Notes: generated from the sequence alone by a model not told the origin. A DNA stretch of 38,071 nt from a virus (IMGVR_UViG_3300034760_000017:1-38071), one strand, 5' to 3'. Positions 1 through 9,674 are shown, counted from the first letter of the stretch. A program made the numbers and translations.

Positions 1-127
1 CATGATTATGCGGTCACAGCCTTAATGACAGCGAAACTGATGACAATCGCTTCGGCCAAGGCTCCGGTGGTGATATTGCGGACGTCTATTGTCGCGCTTC
101 CGGCGGCCGAGCGGGCATTGAGGTTAT
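1..127. repeat. Terminal direct repeat copy 1 (identical to 37945-38071); contig-closure overlap
   Basis: First 127 nt (catgattatgcggtcacagcc...gcattgaggttat) recur exactly as the last 127 nt of the window. Confidence 0.95.
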
Positions 128-2231
128 ACGATCCAAACGCCCCTACTGCCGTATGGTTCAGAATAACTACATCGCCGACGGCTATCGTGGTATTAGTAAG
201 CGTGAAGCTAACTGTCGTATCAGCGGCAAGGGAAGCGCCGCTGAGGGTGATGGTGCCACAAGTCTTGCTGAGGGTCACGGCAGTGGCCTTGCTGGTGGCC
301 TGCGTGACGGTACCGCCCGCTCCTGTAGCGTAGCCCACGCTTGCGGTAGCGGTAAGGCCACCCGTAACGGTGACTGTCCCACCTGCTGGAACAAGCGCTA
401 TATTCCGGTTCGTACCCGTTCCACCTTTTTCCGTGGCTATCGTGTAGACGTTGGAAGCCCAATACGCCCGTGCCCGCTCGTAATTGGTGGTCTGGTCGGC
501 TACGTTATGCCAAGCTATCCCCGTAGCGGTAGAGGGGAGGGTGAGGGTGTGGGTGGGGGCGGTGGTGCCGAGGCCGATGAGACCGGCAGACAGTACAAGC
601 GTGTTGACGACAGGCGCGGCGCCGAGGCTCTTGAACGTGGAGATGCTGTTCTGACCGACTGCTATGTCTCCGGTACCGCCTGCCGTAATACTAATGCTTC
701 GGTTAGTGAAGGAGCGCATCGTGACGCCGCCGACCGTGTCATATTCCAGGAAGTCAGTAGCGCCGTTCACAGCCGTCAGCTTGGCGGCTACACCGGTTGC
801 TCCGAGGCTCAGTTGTCCGCCTGTTACGGTAGCGTTCCCGGTTGTTGTCACAGCTCCCGTAAATGCCGCGATACCCGCGCTTGCCCCGTCTATATAAGCC
901 GTCGCATTGAGGTAGTGGCGGGTGGCGTAGAGGTTGGACCAGTAGAGGGAGGAGGTGCCAAGGGTGTAAGAAGCAGTTGTATTCGGATTGAAACCGTTGG
1001 AGCTGACCGTAGACTTGAACAGGCTCGCTCCGGTAACAGCTATACCATTAGTCGTACCACCGAACTTGGCATCATAGCCCACGGCAGGGGCAGGGTCGGT
1101 ATACGTACCGTTATAAGCGGTTATCTCACCTCCGACATCCAGACGGCCGTAGGTAGTCACGGAGCCGTTAGTGGCGATGTTCAGCAGATTGGTGTAGGTA
1201 CTGCCCGGTGTTATCGCACCGGTACTGGACTTCTTGACCGTGAACGTCGTACCTGAACCGACGGCGAAGAACGGACCATCACCCGATTTCTTCACCATAC
1301 CGATACGGGGCGTGGTGTTGCTCGGGTCATCAATACCGAAACTGCCATCCTCTTTATTGACGACCAGAGAACCGAGTATACGCATGTTGCCGCTGTCGTC
1401 AATCGTTGTCGTACTGTCCTGCACCAGCTTTCCGGTGGTGGCATCATAACGAGCAATAGCGTTATCAGTGGCAGAGGCAGGGCCAGTAACTTTCCCCGTT
1501 ATCGCTGTCGTATTACTCGTTATCTGGCTCTGTAAGCCTGCGTCCTGCGTGTCCACATACGTCGTACTTGCCTTGCCTGCTAACGAGGTCGTCATGGTAG
1601 CCGCATAGTTGGCGTCATCACCTAAGGCGTCACTCAGCTCACCAAGGGTATCAAGCGCCGGTCCGACCGTGCCGAGTACGTTGGATATGCTGGTATCGAC
1701 GTAAGTAGTGGAGGCGAGGGGTGCGACGAGGCCGTCCACGTAGGTGGTGCTGGCCTTGGCATTGAGTGCCGTGTTGAGGTCGGTCTGCGCCGATAACGTG
1801 CCCGTGATGCCGCCCCACACCCCGGCGTTGATCGTCAGGTCGCCGCTGCCGAGCAAGGTGGAGCCGTTGACGGTCTTGAGGTTGGTGCCGGAGACGAGGG
1901 TGGCCTGCTTGGTAGCTATGGCCGTGGTGTTAGCGGCTATGGCTGCTGTGTTGGTGCTAAGCGCCGTGTCAATCTGGGTGTGGGTATTGGTGCCTATGTT
2001 GGAGAGGAGGAGGTGGTCGGTGGTCCCGGCGGGGCCTGTTGCGCCTGTACTGGCTATCTGGTAGGGGCTGGAGGTCGTGCCGTTGCCGGTGAGCGTCACG
2101 TTGCTGCCGGCCGTCACCATGCCCGTGATGTCCTTGCTGACGTAGCCGTGCCCCTGGCTGACTACCTTGGTCGGCTCCGGGGCGAAGGATACGCCGCTCG
2201 GACTGAACGGGTCGAGCCTAAGACGCGGCAT
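6..2231 (-). CDS. Tail fiber protein, 741 aa
   Basis: Long ORF with ATG at 2229-2231. Gly/Thr/Ser/Ala-rich fiber-like sequence, ASTTYVD motif three times, GATGPAGT collagen-like stretch. Position in structural block. Confidence 0.8.
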   Translation of the reverse strand: MPRLRLDPFSPSGVSFAPEPTKVVSQGHGYVSKDITGMVTAGSNVTLTGNGTTSSPYQIASTGATGPAGTTDHLLLSNIGTNTHTQIDTALSTNTAAIAANTTAIATKQATLVSGTNLKTVNGSTLLGSGDLTINAGVWGGITGTLSAQTDLNTALNAKASTTYVDGLVAPLASTTYVDTSISNVLGTVGPALDTLGELSDALGDDANYAATMTTSLAGKASTTYVDTQDAGLQSQITSNTTAITGKVTGPASATDNAIARYDATTGKLVQDSTTTIDDSGNMRILGSLVVNKEDGSFGIDDPSNTTPRIGMVKKSGDGPFFAVGSGTTFTVKKSSTGAITPGSTYTNLLNIATNGSVTTYGRLDVGGEITAYNGTYTDPAPAVGYDAKFGGTTNGIAVTGASLFKSTVSSNGFNPNTTASYTLGTSSLYWSNLYATRHYLNATAYIDGASAGIAAFTGAVTTTGNATVTGGQLSLGATGVAAKLTAVNGATDFLEYDTVGGVTMRSFTNRSISITAGGTGDIAVGQNSISTFKSLGAAPVVNTLVLSAGLIGLGTTAPTHTLTLPSTATGIAWHNVADQTTNYERARAYWASNVYTIATEKGGTGTNRNIALVPAGGTVTVTGGLTATASVGYATGAGGTVTQATSKATAVTLSKTCGTITLSGASLAADTTVSFTLTNTTIAVGDVVILNHTAVGAFGSYNLNARSAAGSATIDVRNITTGALAEAIVISFAVIKAVTA

Positions 2232-2949
2232 CTATGGCCTCGTCCAGCAGCATGTACTGGTAGCTGGCGGCCTTCTTGAAGGCCTTGGCATAGCTAGTAT
2301 TACCGAAGACGTAGCGCATGGCGCTGCGCTTGATGTCGTTCTCGATGATGTACCAGCCGCCTTCAGGGCTGAGGAAGCCGATGTACTGCTTGTCCGGGCT
2401 GTCGCTGATGTCCTGGGCGCGGTAGCGGGAGAGGTCAAGCCGGTCGTCGGCCACTTCAGGAGCCTTGAAACACTCCCGTATGGTGTCCTGCAGGGGTCTC
2501 AGGTTCAGCTCGGGGCTGGCGACATTTATCTTGGACTGCGGGATATTGACGACCGGGGCGGGCAGGTTGACGACCGGTGCCATGTCAAGGCTCTGGACGG
2601 CGTCTATGACGTCCTGGAGGGCGCCCAGCACCCCTTTATTGGAGGATTCGGTGGTCTGGGAGACGTCTTCCATGCTTTTCTTGAGCTCACCGAGCGCGTC
2701 GATGGTCTGCTCGTGGTTCTCGGAGGCGGTGCGCTGCTCGTCGGTCTCCAGTATCTCGCGTACCGTGTCGAACAGCTTCTGCTGGCGGGCTGTCATGGCC
2801 CCCGGCTTCTGGCTGTTGGCGTCGCGGGTCGCCTGCTCTATGGATTGCAGCTGCTTGACGATGTTGGACTGCGCCGCCTGTGATTGCTGCGACTGGCTGG
2901 ACTGTGAAGCTGTCTGGCGCTTGTCTTGTATTGTCTGGAGGTATGACAC
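2218..2949 (-). CDS. Hypothetical structural-module protein, 243 aa (Gln/Ser-rich N-terminus)
   Basis: GTG start 2947-2949 preceded by AAGGA. 14-nt overlap with the fiber gene start. No motif recognised. Confidence 0.75.
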   Translation of the reverse strand: MSYLQTIQDKRQTASQSSQSQQSQAAQSNIVKQLQSIEQATRDANSQKPGAMTARQQKLFDTVREILETDEQRTASENHEQTIDALGELKKSMEDVSQTTESSNKGVLGALQDVIDAVQSLDMAPVVNLPAPVVNIPQSKINVASPELNLRPLQDTIRECFKAPEVADDRLDLSRYRAQDISDSPDKQYIGFLSPEGGWYIIENDIKRSAMRYVFGNTSYAKAFKKAASYQYMLLDEAIDAAS

Positions 2950-3016
2950 GGTTATCCTTATTGGTTATATAGTAGCATGAACGGCAATGATAAAGGCCTA
3001 GCACTACTTTCGTACG

Positions 3017-3301
3017 CTAGACCGCTACTTCCTTCGGCTCGCGGAGGTAGTCCCTGATGCAGAGTTCGATCCGGCCGACTTCGGGCAGGTCTCCCGCCGC
3101 CGTCGCCTTGATCAACCTCTCTCGCAGCATCATGAGGTGCCTGTCGCGGAGCTGGAGGGTTATCTTCGTATGTGATCTGTCGGCTCCCAGCCGCGTCCTC
3201 GGCCCGATATGCTTGCCGGTGCGGTTGTTGCGTATGCGGTTGAGCCGGTTCAGGTCGTGTTCGCGTCCGTAGGCCTTGGTGTTCCAGGTGATGTCGGTCA
3301 T
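3017..3301 (-). CDS. Hypothetical basic protein, 94 aa
   Basis: ATG 3299-3301 lies 1 nt after the stop of the upstream gene (3303-3305). Co-oriented in the structural operon. Confidence 0.7.
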   Translation of the reverse strand: MTDITWNTKAYGREHDLNRLNRIRNNRTGKHIGPRTRLGADRSHTKITLQLRDRHLMMLRERLIKATAAGDLPEVGRIELCIRDYLREPKEVAV

Positions 3302-3302
3302 G

Positions 3303-3539
3303 TCAGTCTGTAGTGAACGGTATCGGCACCATCATGCCGTAGTTCATGTTGGCACCCGGCCCGGCCTCGCCGGGGTCTATCAGGTCACCGGCAATCTCGA
3401 CCTGCGTCAGCTCGGAAGCGCCGATGATGGTGAGGACTTCGGCCACAGATACGCGGTAGACGCGGGCGATGTCCTGTATGGACCCCTGCCCCTTGTTATG
3501 GTGCTCTTTTATCTTACTGCGAAGTTCATCATCAATCAT
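3303..3539 (-). CDS. Small HTH-like protein, 78 aa (paralogue of 3550-3732)
   Basis: Internal ATG 3537-3539 of track ORF 3303-3767; the N-terminal extension is Arg/Thr-rich junk. Motif KG-GSIQDIARVYRVSVAEVLTII resembles a resolvase-type HTH. Confidence 0.65.
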   Translation of the reverse strand: MIDDELRSKIKEHHNKGQGSIQDIARVYRVSVAEVLTIIGASELTQVEIAGDLIDPGEAGPGANMNYGMMVPIPFTTD

Positions 3540-3549
3540 CGTATGCCCC

Positions 3550-3732
3550 TTAGCCCTTCTTAGTCTGTTCCACTGTCTGAATGATAGCGAGTACCTCACG
3601 GCTGTCAAGCCCGCGTTCCTGGCCGATGGTGTCGCAGTTCTTGCCTTTGACATAGTCGTCGTAGATCGCGGAGGTGACGTCCTTCTGGTCGCTGTCGGCA
3701 GTGTTCTCGTCCTTACCTGTGAATTTCCCCAT
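3550..3732 (-). CDS. Small HTH-like protein, 60 aa (paralogue of 3303-3539)
   Basis: ATG 3730-3732 preceded by AAAGGAAAGGA. Motif KGKNCDTIGQERGLDSREVLAII aligns with the neighbouring gene. Confidence 0.65.
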   Translation of the reverse strand: MGKFTGKDENTADSDQKDVTSAIYDDYVKGKNCDTIGQERGLDSREVLAIIQTVEQTKKG

Positions 3733-3752
3733 GTATTCCTTTCCTTTAGGCA

Positions 3753-3776
3753 GGGGAGGGGGTTCAATCCCTCCCC
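3753..3776 (-). promoter_or_regulatory. GC-rich stem-loop between the capsid gene and downstream genes (attenuator or RNA-stability element)
   Basis: ggggaggg (3753-3760) pairs with ccctcccc (3769-3776), 8-nt loop. No U-tract follows on the minus strand. Confidence 0.5.
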
Positions 3777-3815
3777 GTGTAAGCCGGTTAGTAAGTCCCG
3801 TCCAGTACAAAACCG

Positions 3816-4754
3816 TTAGGCTTGGTCGGTTGCCCCGGTCTTGATATCCACAACCCACGCGCCGTTGAGCGTCTTGACGACGTCTGAGGCGGCCCATGAG
3901 ATGAGACTGAAGCGACCGGCCGGGTTGCCGGAGTCGATCTTGGTGTGCGGAATGATGTACAGCTGCGGCTTGTCGCCTTCAAGGTCGATGGTACCGAACG
4001 AATCGGCGCCGTGGATGAAGTTGCTGAAGACGTCGGCGCTGGTGGCACCGGCATCGACCGCCTCGTACTGATCCGGTGACTCGACGAGGCGGACACCCAG
4101 GATACGTCCCAGTTCGCCGTTGTAGAGCTTGGTTGCGCCGTTGTCGTAGATGTCGGCGTTGATGAACGTGCTGTCGGCCTGGAGGTCGTAGGCGGTGTTC
4201 GGTCCGACCTTGCCCATGTACGGGGCGACCTTGTCCTGGTACTTGCGGGCCTTGTTGGCCTTCAGGGTACGGACTGCCTTGCGGAGTTCCGCGACGTTCA
4301 GGACGTCAGTAGGCGTGATGAGGTTCAATGCGGCCTTGCCACCGGCGAACTGTGCCGTAGCGCCTGCGAACAGTTCGTTCCGTGCCAGGCGGTCCAGTGT
4401 CTCGCCCATGTTCTGGCCGACGACTTCGATCTTTTCCTTGTTCTCGGCGTCGATGGACGTCAGGCTCAGGAAGCGGGAGATCTTGACGGTCGTACCGTAC
4501 TCCGCCAGGTTGGCCGTGACGTTGGTGGCCGTCAGGTTGACTTCCGACGGGTTGACGCCTTCGGTCAATGAGGCGACGCTGATCGTCAGCGGCGTATGGC
4601 GGGTGAAGACGACGGACTTGCCGTTGTTGGCTGGCTGGGTGCGTGTCTGTCCACCCTGGCGGAAGATGTATTCGTACTCGGCGCGGGCCAGGAATACCTT
4701 CTCGTAATAGTCGTTCATTTCCTGGGTCAAGCCAGTGGTTACTTGTGCAGCCAT
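3816..4754 (-). CDS. Major capsid protein (HK97-fold type), 312 aa
   Basis: Follows portal and scaffold. Size and sequence character typical of podoviral/HK97-like MCPs. Followed by a strong hairpin. Confidence 0.8.
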   Translation of the reverse strand: MAAQVTTGLTQEMNDYYEKVFLARAEYEYIFRQGGQTRTQPANNGKSVVFTRHTPLTISVASLTEGVNPSEVNLTATNVTANLAEYGTTVKISRFLSLTSIDAENKEKIEVVGQNMGETLDRLARNELFAGATAQFAGGKAALNLITPTDVLNVAELRKAVRTLKANKARKYQDKVAPYMGKVGPNTAYDLQADSTFINADIYDNGATKLYNGELGRILGVRLVESPDQYEAVDAGATSADVFSNFIHGADSFGTIDLEGDKPQLYIIPHTKIDSGNPAGRFSLISWAASDVVKTLNGAWVVDIKTGATDQA

Positions 4755-4805
4755 CGTGTGTAGTTCCTTGTATGTATGTGGTTAGTGTATGACCACCGCT
4801 GCACC

Positions 4806-5519
4806 CTATCTGCGGACGAAGCCCAGCTTGCTCTCCATCTCGGTGATGGACAGCTCCTTGAACGGCTTCTCCTTCGGTGTCACGCCAGAATTAGTGGCGT
4901 TCCCCCGTGGGACGGCGGCGGTCTGTTTGTGGGCCAAGGATTCGAGAGCTTCCCGTTTCCCCTGGGACCGTACACTGTCAAGCTTGCCTGATTGCATCAC
5001 CGCGGTCGCATAAAGGGCGTCCAAATCGCCCGCCAGATGCGGCTTGGTTGCAAGCAGTTCTATCATCTGCGGTTCGTAGGCCTTGTCGATGCCGTCCTGC
5101 GACCAGAAGTCGCGTACTGCCTCTTTGACCTGCATACCCCGTACCGTCTTCAGCAGTTCCGGGTCCTGCCCGGTTGACACTGCTTCGGCTTCGGCGTACT
5201 CGCTGGCGGTCTCGGTGACCGTCCGCTCGAGTTCGCTGGTACGTCGATGGTTCTTCGTAGCCTCGGAACGCTGTTTCTGTAACAGCTGAGCCGCCTTGAT
5301 GGCGTTCGGGCTGTCCAGCTCTATCCCTTGGCTGTCTGCAAACTTGCGGAGCTTGTCGTCAGGCGTGGGTACAGTATCGCTACTGGCCTCTGGCGCTTCG
5401 CTCGGTTCAGGCGTGGTGTCGGCATCAGGCGCCTCCGCTGCGTCCACAGGGGCTGGTTGGGCTGGTTCGTCAGCGGCAGCTTGCGGCGTAGCGGGAGCGG
5501 TAGTGGTGGTGTCTTCCAT
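4806..5519 (-). CDS. Scaffolding protein, 237 aa
   Basis: Lies between portal and capsid genes. Acidic Pro/Ala/Glu-rich N-terminus, helical charged remainder. Confidence 0.7.
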   Translation of the reverse strand: MEDTTTTAPATPQAAADEPAQPAPVDAAEAPDADTTPEPSEAPEASSDTVPTPDDKLRKFADSQGIELDSPNAIKAAQLLQKQRSEATKNHRRTSELERTVTETASEYAEAEAVSTGQDPELLKTVRGMQVKEAVRDFWSQDGIDKAYEPQMIELLATKPHLAGDLDALYATAVMQSGKLDSVRSQGKREALESLAHKQTAAVPRGNATNSGVTPKEKPFKELSITEMESKLGFVRR

Positions 5520-5610
5520 ACTGTTCCTTTCATTTAATCGGTCTAGTCCCTAGCCCGCAGGAGGGTGCGACAACCGGGCTTGGCGATCACACCTTCCTGC
5601 TGGACAGCGA

Positions 5611-5811
5611 CTACGTCTTCTTGGACTCCGTACTCATGACGGCTGCCTGGTTGATGGCCTCGCGCAGCCCCTTGGCACGCTGGGTATGGTCGCGGGACAT
5701 GGGCGGGTTGTCCTCGGCCTTGGTGTGCTCTGCCTGTATCAGGTCCTCCAGCGCCCTCAAGTAGGCCTGACCCTCTACGGACTCGATGAAGAAGTCCCGG
5801 TAGCGGCTCAT
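5611..5811 (-). CDS. Hypothetical protein, 66 aa
   Basis: ATGA overlap with the portal stop (5808-5811). Co-oriented. Confidence 0.65.
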   Translation of the reverse strand: MSRYRDFFIESVEGQAYLRALEDLIQAEHTKAEDNPPMSRDHTQRAKGLREAINQAAVMSTESKKT

Positions 5812-7685
5812 GCCATTACCTCGGTCATGTCAAGCGGCTCGCCCGTTATCGGGTCTATCATGATGTCCGGGGGCGTCGATGCCTCCAGAAGCGCCAGGTC
5901 CTCGGCTGGAATCATACCGGCAGGAGAGGGGGTGGGCACCGCTCCTGCCGGTATGGCACCGCCCATCATGGCAGGGTCCTGCATCGGGTCGCCCATGCCG
6001 GGCATGGGCATTACAGGCTGCATCAGTATCTCGACCTCGTCAGGCTCCAGGTCGAAGGAACGCGCCAGCACCAGCTTCTTCAGCTCCTGCTGGTTGACGT
6101 CCGGGTCGCCCATGAAGGCCGCCAGCAGTTCCTTGGCCTGCGCGGCCTGCTCCTGCTTCTTGTTCTCGATGGCGATGTCCAGCTGTACCCTTGGCTCGAA
6201 ATCACCCTGGAAGTCAGCCGGGTCGAACTCCTCCCAGCGGGCGCCGTCCTTGCCGACGATCCGCACCATCATCGGCTCGGTGACGTAGAGCTTGATCATG
6301 GCGAAGACGATGCGGGCCATGCGGTGGAAGTACTCGTTCTCTATCTGCGTGACCTTCAGGTTGATGCGCTGGCCTGCCCCGGCTATCTGGGCGTTTATCT
6401 CGGTGGCGGTGGACTTGCCGCCCTGGGTGGCGCCGCCGCGGACAACCTCGTTGCTGGCGGTGGTCTCCCGTATGTCGTTCTTGATGTTCATCGCCTCATT
6501 GAAGCTGTCCGGGGACACCGTGCCCATGTCGATGCGCTGGAGCGTACCGGCCTCGAACGGGTATACCGCGCCGGGCAGGTTCTCGACTTCCTTTATCTTG
6601 TCGGCGTACTTGGGGTCGAGCGTGTACATCGGGTTCAGCACGTAGGTGACGGCGTCTATCCGCTGGTTCGTCAGGTCGTTCAGCAGCTCCTGCTCGTCTA
6701 TGATGAAATCGACCTCGCCCTTGGCGTAGAACAGGGAAGGGTCGACGTAGTCCCGGAAGCCCGCGAACGGCATGATGCCCTCGGGATACTCGTCGCCGTT
6801 GGCGCGGGACTTGGCCTTGTAGTAGTTCTCGGCGTCCTCTATCTTGTACTGTCGGCTCATGACGGATACGACCTTGTCGTCCGTCCAGTACTCGATGACC
6901 TCAACCTGGTCGTGGTCGTCGCCCGACAGCGTGGAGCCGTACATGTCGTCCTTCTCCTGCTTGTCGAGCTTCTCCTGGGTCTTACCGGCGCCTGTACCAC
7001 CCTCGGTGGCCTTCCTGGCCTTGTCGAGGTTGGTGTACTTCGGCTTCATGGCGTAGGTGACTTCTGTTTCGCCCGTCTCAGGGTTCGTGGTCTCTATCGG
7101 GTTGTCCAGGTCGATGACCTCGTAGGTCTTCAGCTCCTCTATGGTGGTCAGGTAGCGCCGCCCCATGTAGCGGGCGTCCTCGAAGCTGGTGGCCGTCGGG
7201 TCGATGAAGAAGTCCCGCAGCGGCACGTTGAACATGACGGGGTGGTCGCCGACCCAGCAGAAGTAGTCGATGCCGTTGCCGAGCATCAGGCCGGTGCGGC
7301 CCGTGTTGATGACCTTTATGCTCCACTGGTCGCGCTCCCAGTAGTAGTCAACCAGCGAGTTGAGTATATCGGTCTTCTGGTCGGGCTTGTCGCGCGGGCT
7401 GAGGAAGTTGAACTTGGGCTTGGGGCCGAACAGGGCGCTTGTCAGCGTCTCCACGGTGCCGAACGTCATCGGGACGAAGGTGTCGGTGATGCCGAAGTAG
7501 CCGCGCTTGGTGCGCTCGTTGTTGTAGGCCTTGTAGTTGTTCTGCCAGCGGTCGTGCTGGCTGCCCTTGCAGTAGTCCCAGGACGACTTGAAGTCCTTGA
7601 TGACCTTCTCAAGGGACTCGTCAGTCGCGGTGGTTCCGGTGGTCTTGGGTTGTGTAAGGGCGGGCGTCGCTTGTTTCTTCGGCAC
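5808..7685 (-). CDS. Portal protein, 625 aa
   Basis: Large ORF directly downstream of TerL and upstream of scaffold and MCP. Acidic, Met/Pro-rich C-terminal tail. Confidence 0.8.
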   Translation of the reverse strand: MPKKQATPALTQPKTTGTTATDESLEKVIKDFKSSWDYCKGSQHDRWQNNYKAYNNERTKRGYFGITDTFVPMTFGTVETLTSALFGPKPKFNFLSPRDKPDQKTDILNSLVDYYWERDQWSIKVINTGRTGLMLGNGIDYFCWVGDHPVMFNVPLRDFFIDPTATSFEDARYMGRRYLTTIEELKTYEVIDLDNPIETTNPETGETEVTYAMKPKYTNLDKARKATEGGTGAGKTQEKLDKQEKDDMYGSTLSGDDHDQVEVIEYWTDDKVVSVMSRQYKIEDAENYYKAKSRANGDEYPEGIMPFAGFRDYVDPSLFYAKGEVDFIIDEQELLNDLTNQRIDAVTYVLNPMYTLDPKYADKIKEVENLPGAVYPFEAGTLQRIDMGTVSPDSFNEAMNIKNDIRETTASNEVVRGGATQGGKSTATEINAQIAGAGQRINLKVTQIENEYFHRMARIVFAMIKLYVTEPMMVRIVGKDGARWEEFDPADFQGDFEPRVQLDIAIENKKQEQAAQAKELLAAFMGDPDVNQQELKKLVLARSFDLEPDEVEILMQPVMPMPGMGDPMQDPAMMGGAIPAGAVPTPSPAGMIPAEDLALLEASTPPDIMIDPITGEPLDMTEVMA

Positions 7686-7730
7686 TGGTACTAGTCCTGT
7701 AAGGTAATTATTAGCATCATAGCATAACGT

Positions 7731-9176
7731 TTACGCATATCTATATTTCTGGCTGAGCATGTTGGAGGGTTTGTATATCGGGGCGTCGTACTTCGGCCGG
7801 TCGCCGTAGCTCACCATCAGGTAGGCCAGCGCCCTCATGCCGTCGAAGTGATGGCCGAAGCGCCGGTGGTCGTCCCACTTGGGTATGATCTCCTCGCCCG
7901 CCTTGGTGATGCGCTCCTGCCATACGAGGTTCTCTATCTCCTGTACCAGCCAGTTCTGCTCCGTGCCGGTGGTCTCGTCTATCTCTATCAGGTCTTCCGA
8001 TATATACAGCCGTGGCTTGCCGGTGCCGGGCTGTACCTGGCCGTATTCCTCAAGCTTGGCGGCCAGCGTCTCGTCCCAGCTCTTGGTGTCGTTGGGCGTC
8101 TTGCTGACGGGTTCCAGCATCATGCCGAGCTTCTGGAGGTCGAGCAGCAGGCGCGGCTCGTTGTTGTCCGCCCAGCCGCGCGTGATCATCAGCCCGCCGA
8201 TCTTGTTATCGCGTAGCTCCTTCATGGCCTCGGCCTGCATCTGCTTGCGCCGGAAGCCGTTGACTACGTGTATGTTATTATCGTTGTCCACGCCTACCAA
8301 GAGCCACGCAGCCGGGTCGTTCCAGCCACCGTCCAGCACCTCGTACCATGTCCACGAACGGTCAAGCGTGTCGTAGTGACGCAGGTGCACGCTACGGTCC
8401 CACCAGGCGCAGACCAACCCGACACGCTTGACGAACTTACCCTCACGCCGGACAAGTATGGCGCTCGGACTCAGTCCCCGGCTCATCTGCTGCTTCTGGT
8501 CCTCCGTCAAGTACGGGTTGTCGTCCCAGCCAGCCTCCGAGATGAACAGATCCTTGTTGCCGGTATTCAGGTAGATGGTGTCGTACACCCATGTCATGCC
8601 TTTCACGGCCGTCATGGTCAATATGACGTCCAGTTGCTGCCCAGCCTCGACGCGGACGAACGACTCCTCCCAGATATCCTTCGGTGGCTCCTCATCGAAC
8701 CATATAAGCCGGACTCCGGCACCCTGGAACTTCTCGCGCCCCTGCTCGTAGCTCTTGAACTGTATCGTCACACCGTTCTTCAGCGTCAGCTTCTTGATGA
8801 TCCGGCCGCGCAGGTATTCCTTGTGCACTATCTCCGACTCCGGCAGGTACGTCATCAGCTTCTTCTGGGTCGTCGTCTCCTGTACGTCGAAACTCGGGCA
8901 GGCCGCCCATATCTCGAACGGTGCCCGCATATCCCGGTGCTTGTGGTGGAGCGTGGCATACTCCGCCGTCTCCATCGCGCCCCACTCGGTCTTGCCTACC
9001 CGGTTGCCCCAGAACAGGGCACGTATCGGCTGCAACGCCTCATAGGCGGCTACCTGCTTGGCGTGGCGGTTGGCGTAAAGCAGGGGATTGGCCCGTCTCC
9101 TCCGCTCCTTCTCGTCAAGCAGTTCCAGGTACTGTATCTTTTCGGCTCTTGAGGGCTGCTTCAAGTTGTTCGTCAT
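7731..9176 (-). CDS. terL: Terminase large subunit, 481 aa
   Basis: Walker A GNRVGKT, Walker B-like LIWFDEEP, size and position. Confidence 0.9.
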   Translation of the reverse strand: MTNNLKQPSRAEKIQYLELLDEKERRRRANPLLYANRHAKQVAAYEALQPIRALFWGNRVGKTEWGAMETAEYATLHHKHRDMRAPFEIWAACPSFDVQETTTQKKLMTYLPESEIVHKEYLRGRIIKKLTLKNGVTIQFKSYEQGREKFQGAGVRLIWFDEEPPKDIWEESFVRVEAGQQLDVILTMTAVKGMTWVYDTIYLNTGNKDLFISEAGWDDNPYLTEDQKQQMSRGLSPSAILVRREGKFVKRVGLVCAWWDRSVHLRHYDTLDRSWTWYEVLDGGWNDPAAWLLVGVDNDNNIHVVNGFRRKQMQAEAMKELRDNKIGGLMITRGWADNNEPRLLLDLQKLGMMLEPVSKTPNDTKSWDETLAAKLEEYGQVQPGTGKPRLYISEDLIEIDETTGTEQNWLVQEIENLVWQERITKAGEEIIPKWDDHRRFGHHFDGMRALAYLMVSYGDRPKYDAPIYKPSNMLSQKYRYA

Positions 9177-9534
9177 TCATGTCCTCGTACTTATGCGTCA
9201 CTTCACCCGTCTGCTCAATCTGTGACTGGTCACGCCAACCATGCTGCGGCTGCTTCAGCCGGAAGATGGCCATAGTCGCGTTAAGCTGTCCGGTAATAGC
9301 TCCCTTGGCCATATATGCCTCTTGCTTTTCTATCGCATACTTTTGTAGTGCGGAAAATTCTTCCCAACCATTGATATCATGACGGGTAATCCAGTATTTT
9401 TGCGCAACTGTATCCCAAGCACAGAAACCAACAGTTGTAGGATCAGGTTCACGCTGTATATAAAGCTTGTAAGCCTCCAGTACTTCTGCACGTTCTTCTA
9501 GTGTTACTTTAGGTGGTCGTCCGACGTCTGCCAT
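9115..9534 (-). CDS. terS: Terminase small subunit, 139 aa
   Basis: N-terminal GRPPK HTH-type motif and ATMAIFRLK segment typical of small terminases. Immediately upstream of TerL and overlaps it by 62 nt. Confidence 0.7.
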   Translation of the reverse strand: MADVGRPPKVTLEERAEVLEAYKLYIQREPDPTTVGFCAWDTVAQKYWITRHDINGWEEFSALQKYAIEKQEAYMAKGAITGQLNATMAIFRLKQPQHGWRDQSQIEQTGEVTHKYEDMNDEQLEAALKSRKDTVPGTA

Positions 9535-9560
9535 TTACAACTACAGTACCAGACATACCG

Positions 9561-9662
9561 CTAATGTCCAGCAATAACCGCATACACCCCTGTTGCGACA
9601 TAGACATAGAACCCGAACATGGCGAACAGGAAGAGCGGTTGCCTGGTTATCCAGCGGAACAT
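9561..9662 (-). CDS. Hydrophobic micro-protein, 33 aa (MFRWITRQPLFLFAMFGFYVYVATGVYAVIAGH)
   Basis: ORF below the track cutoff fills the gap between 9675-10055 and terS. One predicted TM helix, no SD. Confidence 0.35.
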   Translation of the reverse strand: MFRWITRQPLFLFAMFGFYVYVATGVYAVIAGH

Positions 9663-9674
9663 GCAGCCATTGTA

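Noticed and set aside
153-1256. Long plus-strand ORFs antisense to structural genes (153-1256, 6324-7694, 8268-9152, 33908-34942, 35081-35758 and others)
   Set aside because: These are shadow ORFs typical of GC-rich coding DNA. They have Arg/Gly/Val/Ala-rich low-complexity translations and no SD sites. They fully overlap well-supported minus-strand genes (fiber, portal, TerL, tail protein).
1540-1760. Repeated ASTTYVD-coding segments in the fiber gene as a possible DGR variable region or CRISPR-like array
   Set aside because: The repeats are short, in frame and diverged at the DNA level. There is no reverse transcriptase or template repeat anywhere in the genome, and no regular repeat-spacer periodicity.
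3753-3776. tRNA-like T-arm sequence (ggttcaatcc flanked by complementary GC runs)
   Set aside because: There is no acceptor, D or anticodon arm in the surrounding 90 nt. It is better explained as a simple hairpin after the capsid gene. No other tRNA-like T-loops were found in the window.
9115-9176. 62-nt overlap of terS and terL as a possible programmed frameshift or fusion
   Set aside because: Both genes have their own plausible starts, and TerS ends at a normal TGA. No slippery heptamer is visible in the overlap. Long TerS/TerL overlaps occur in other phages, and TTG at codon 5 of terL only shortens the overlap to 50 nt.
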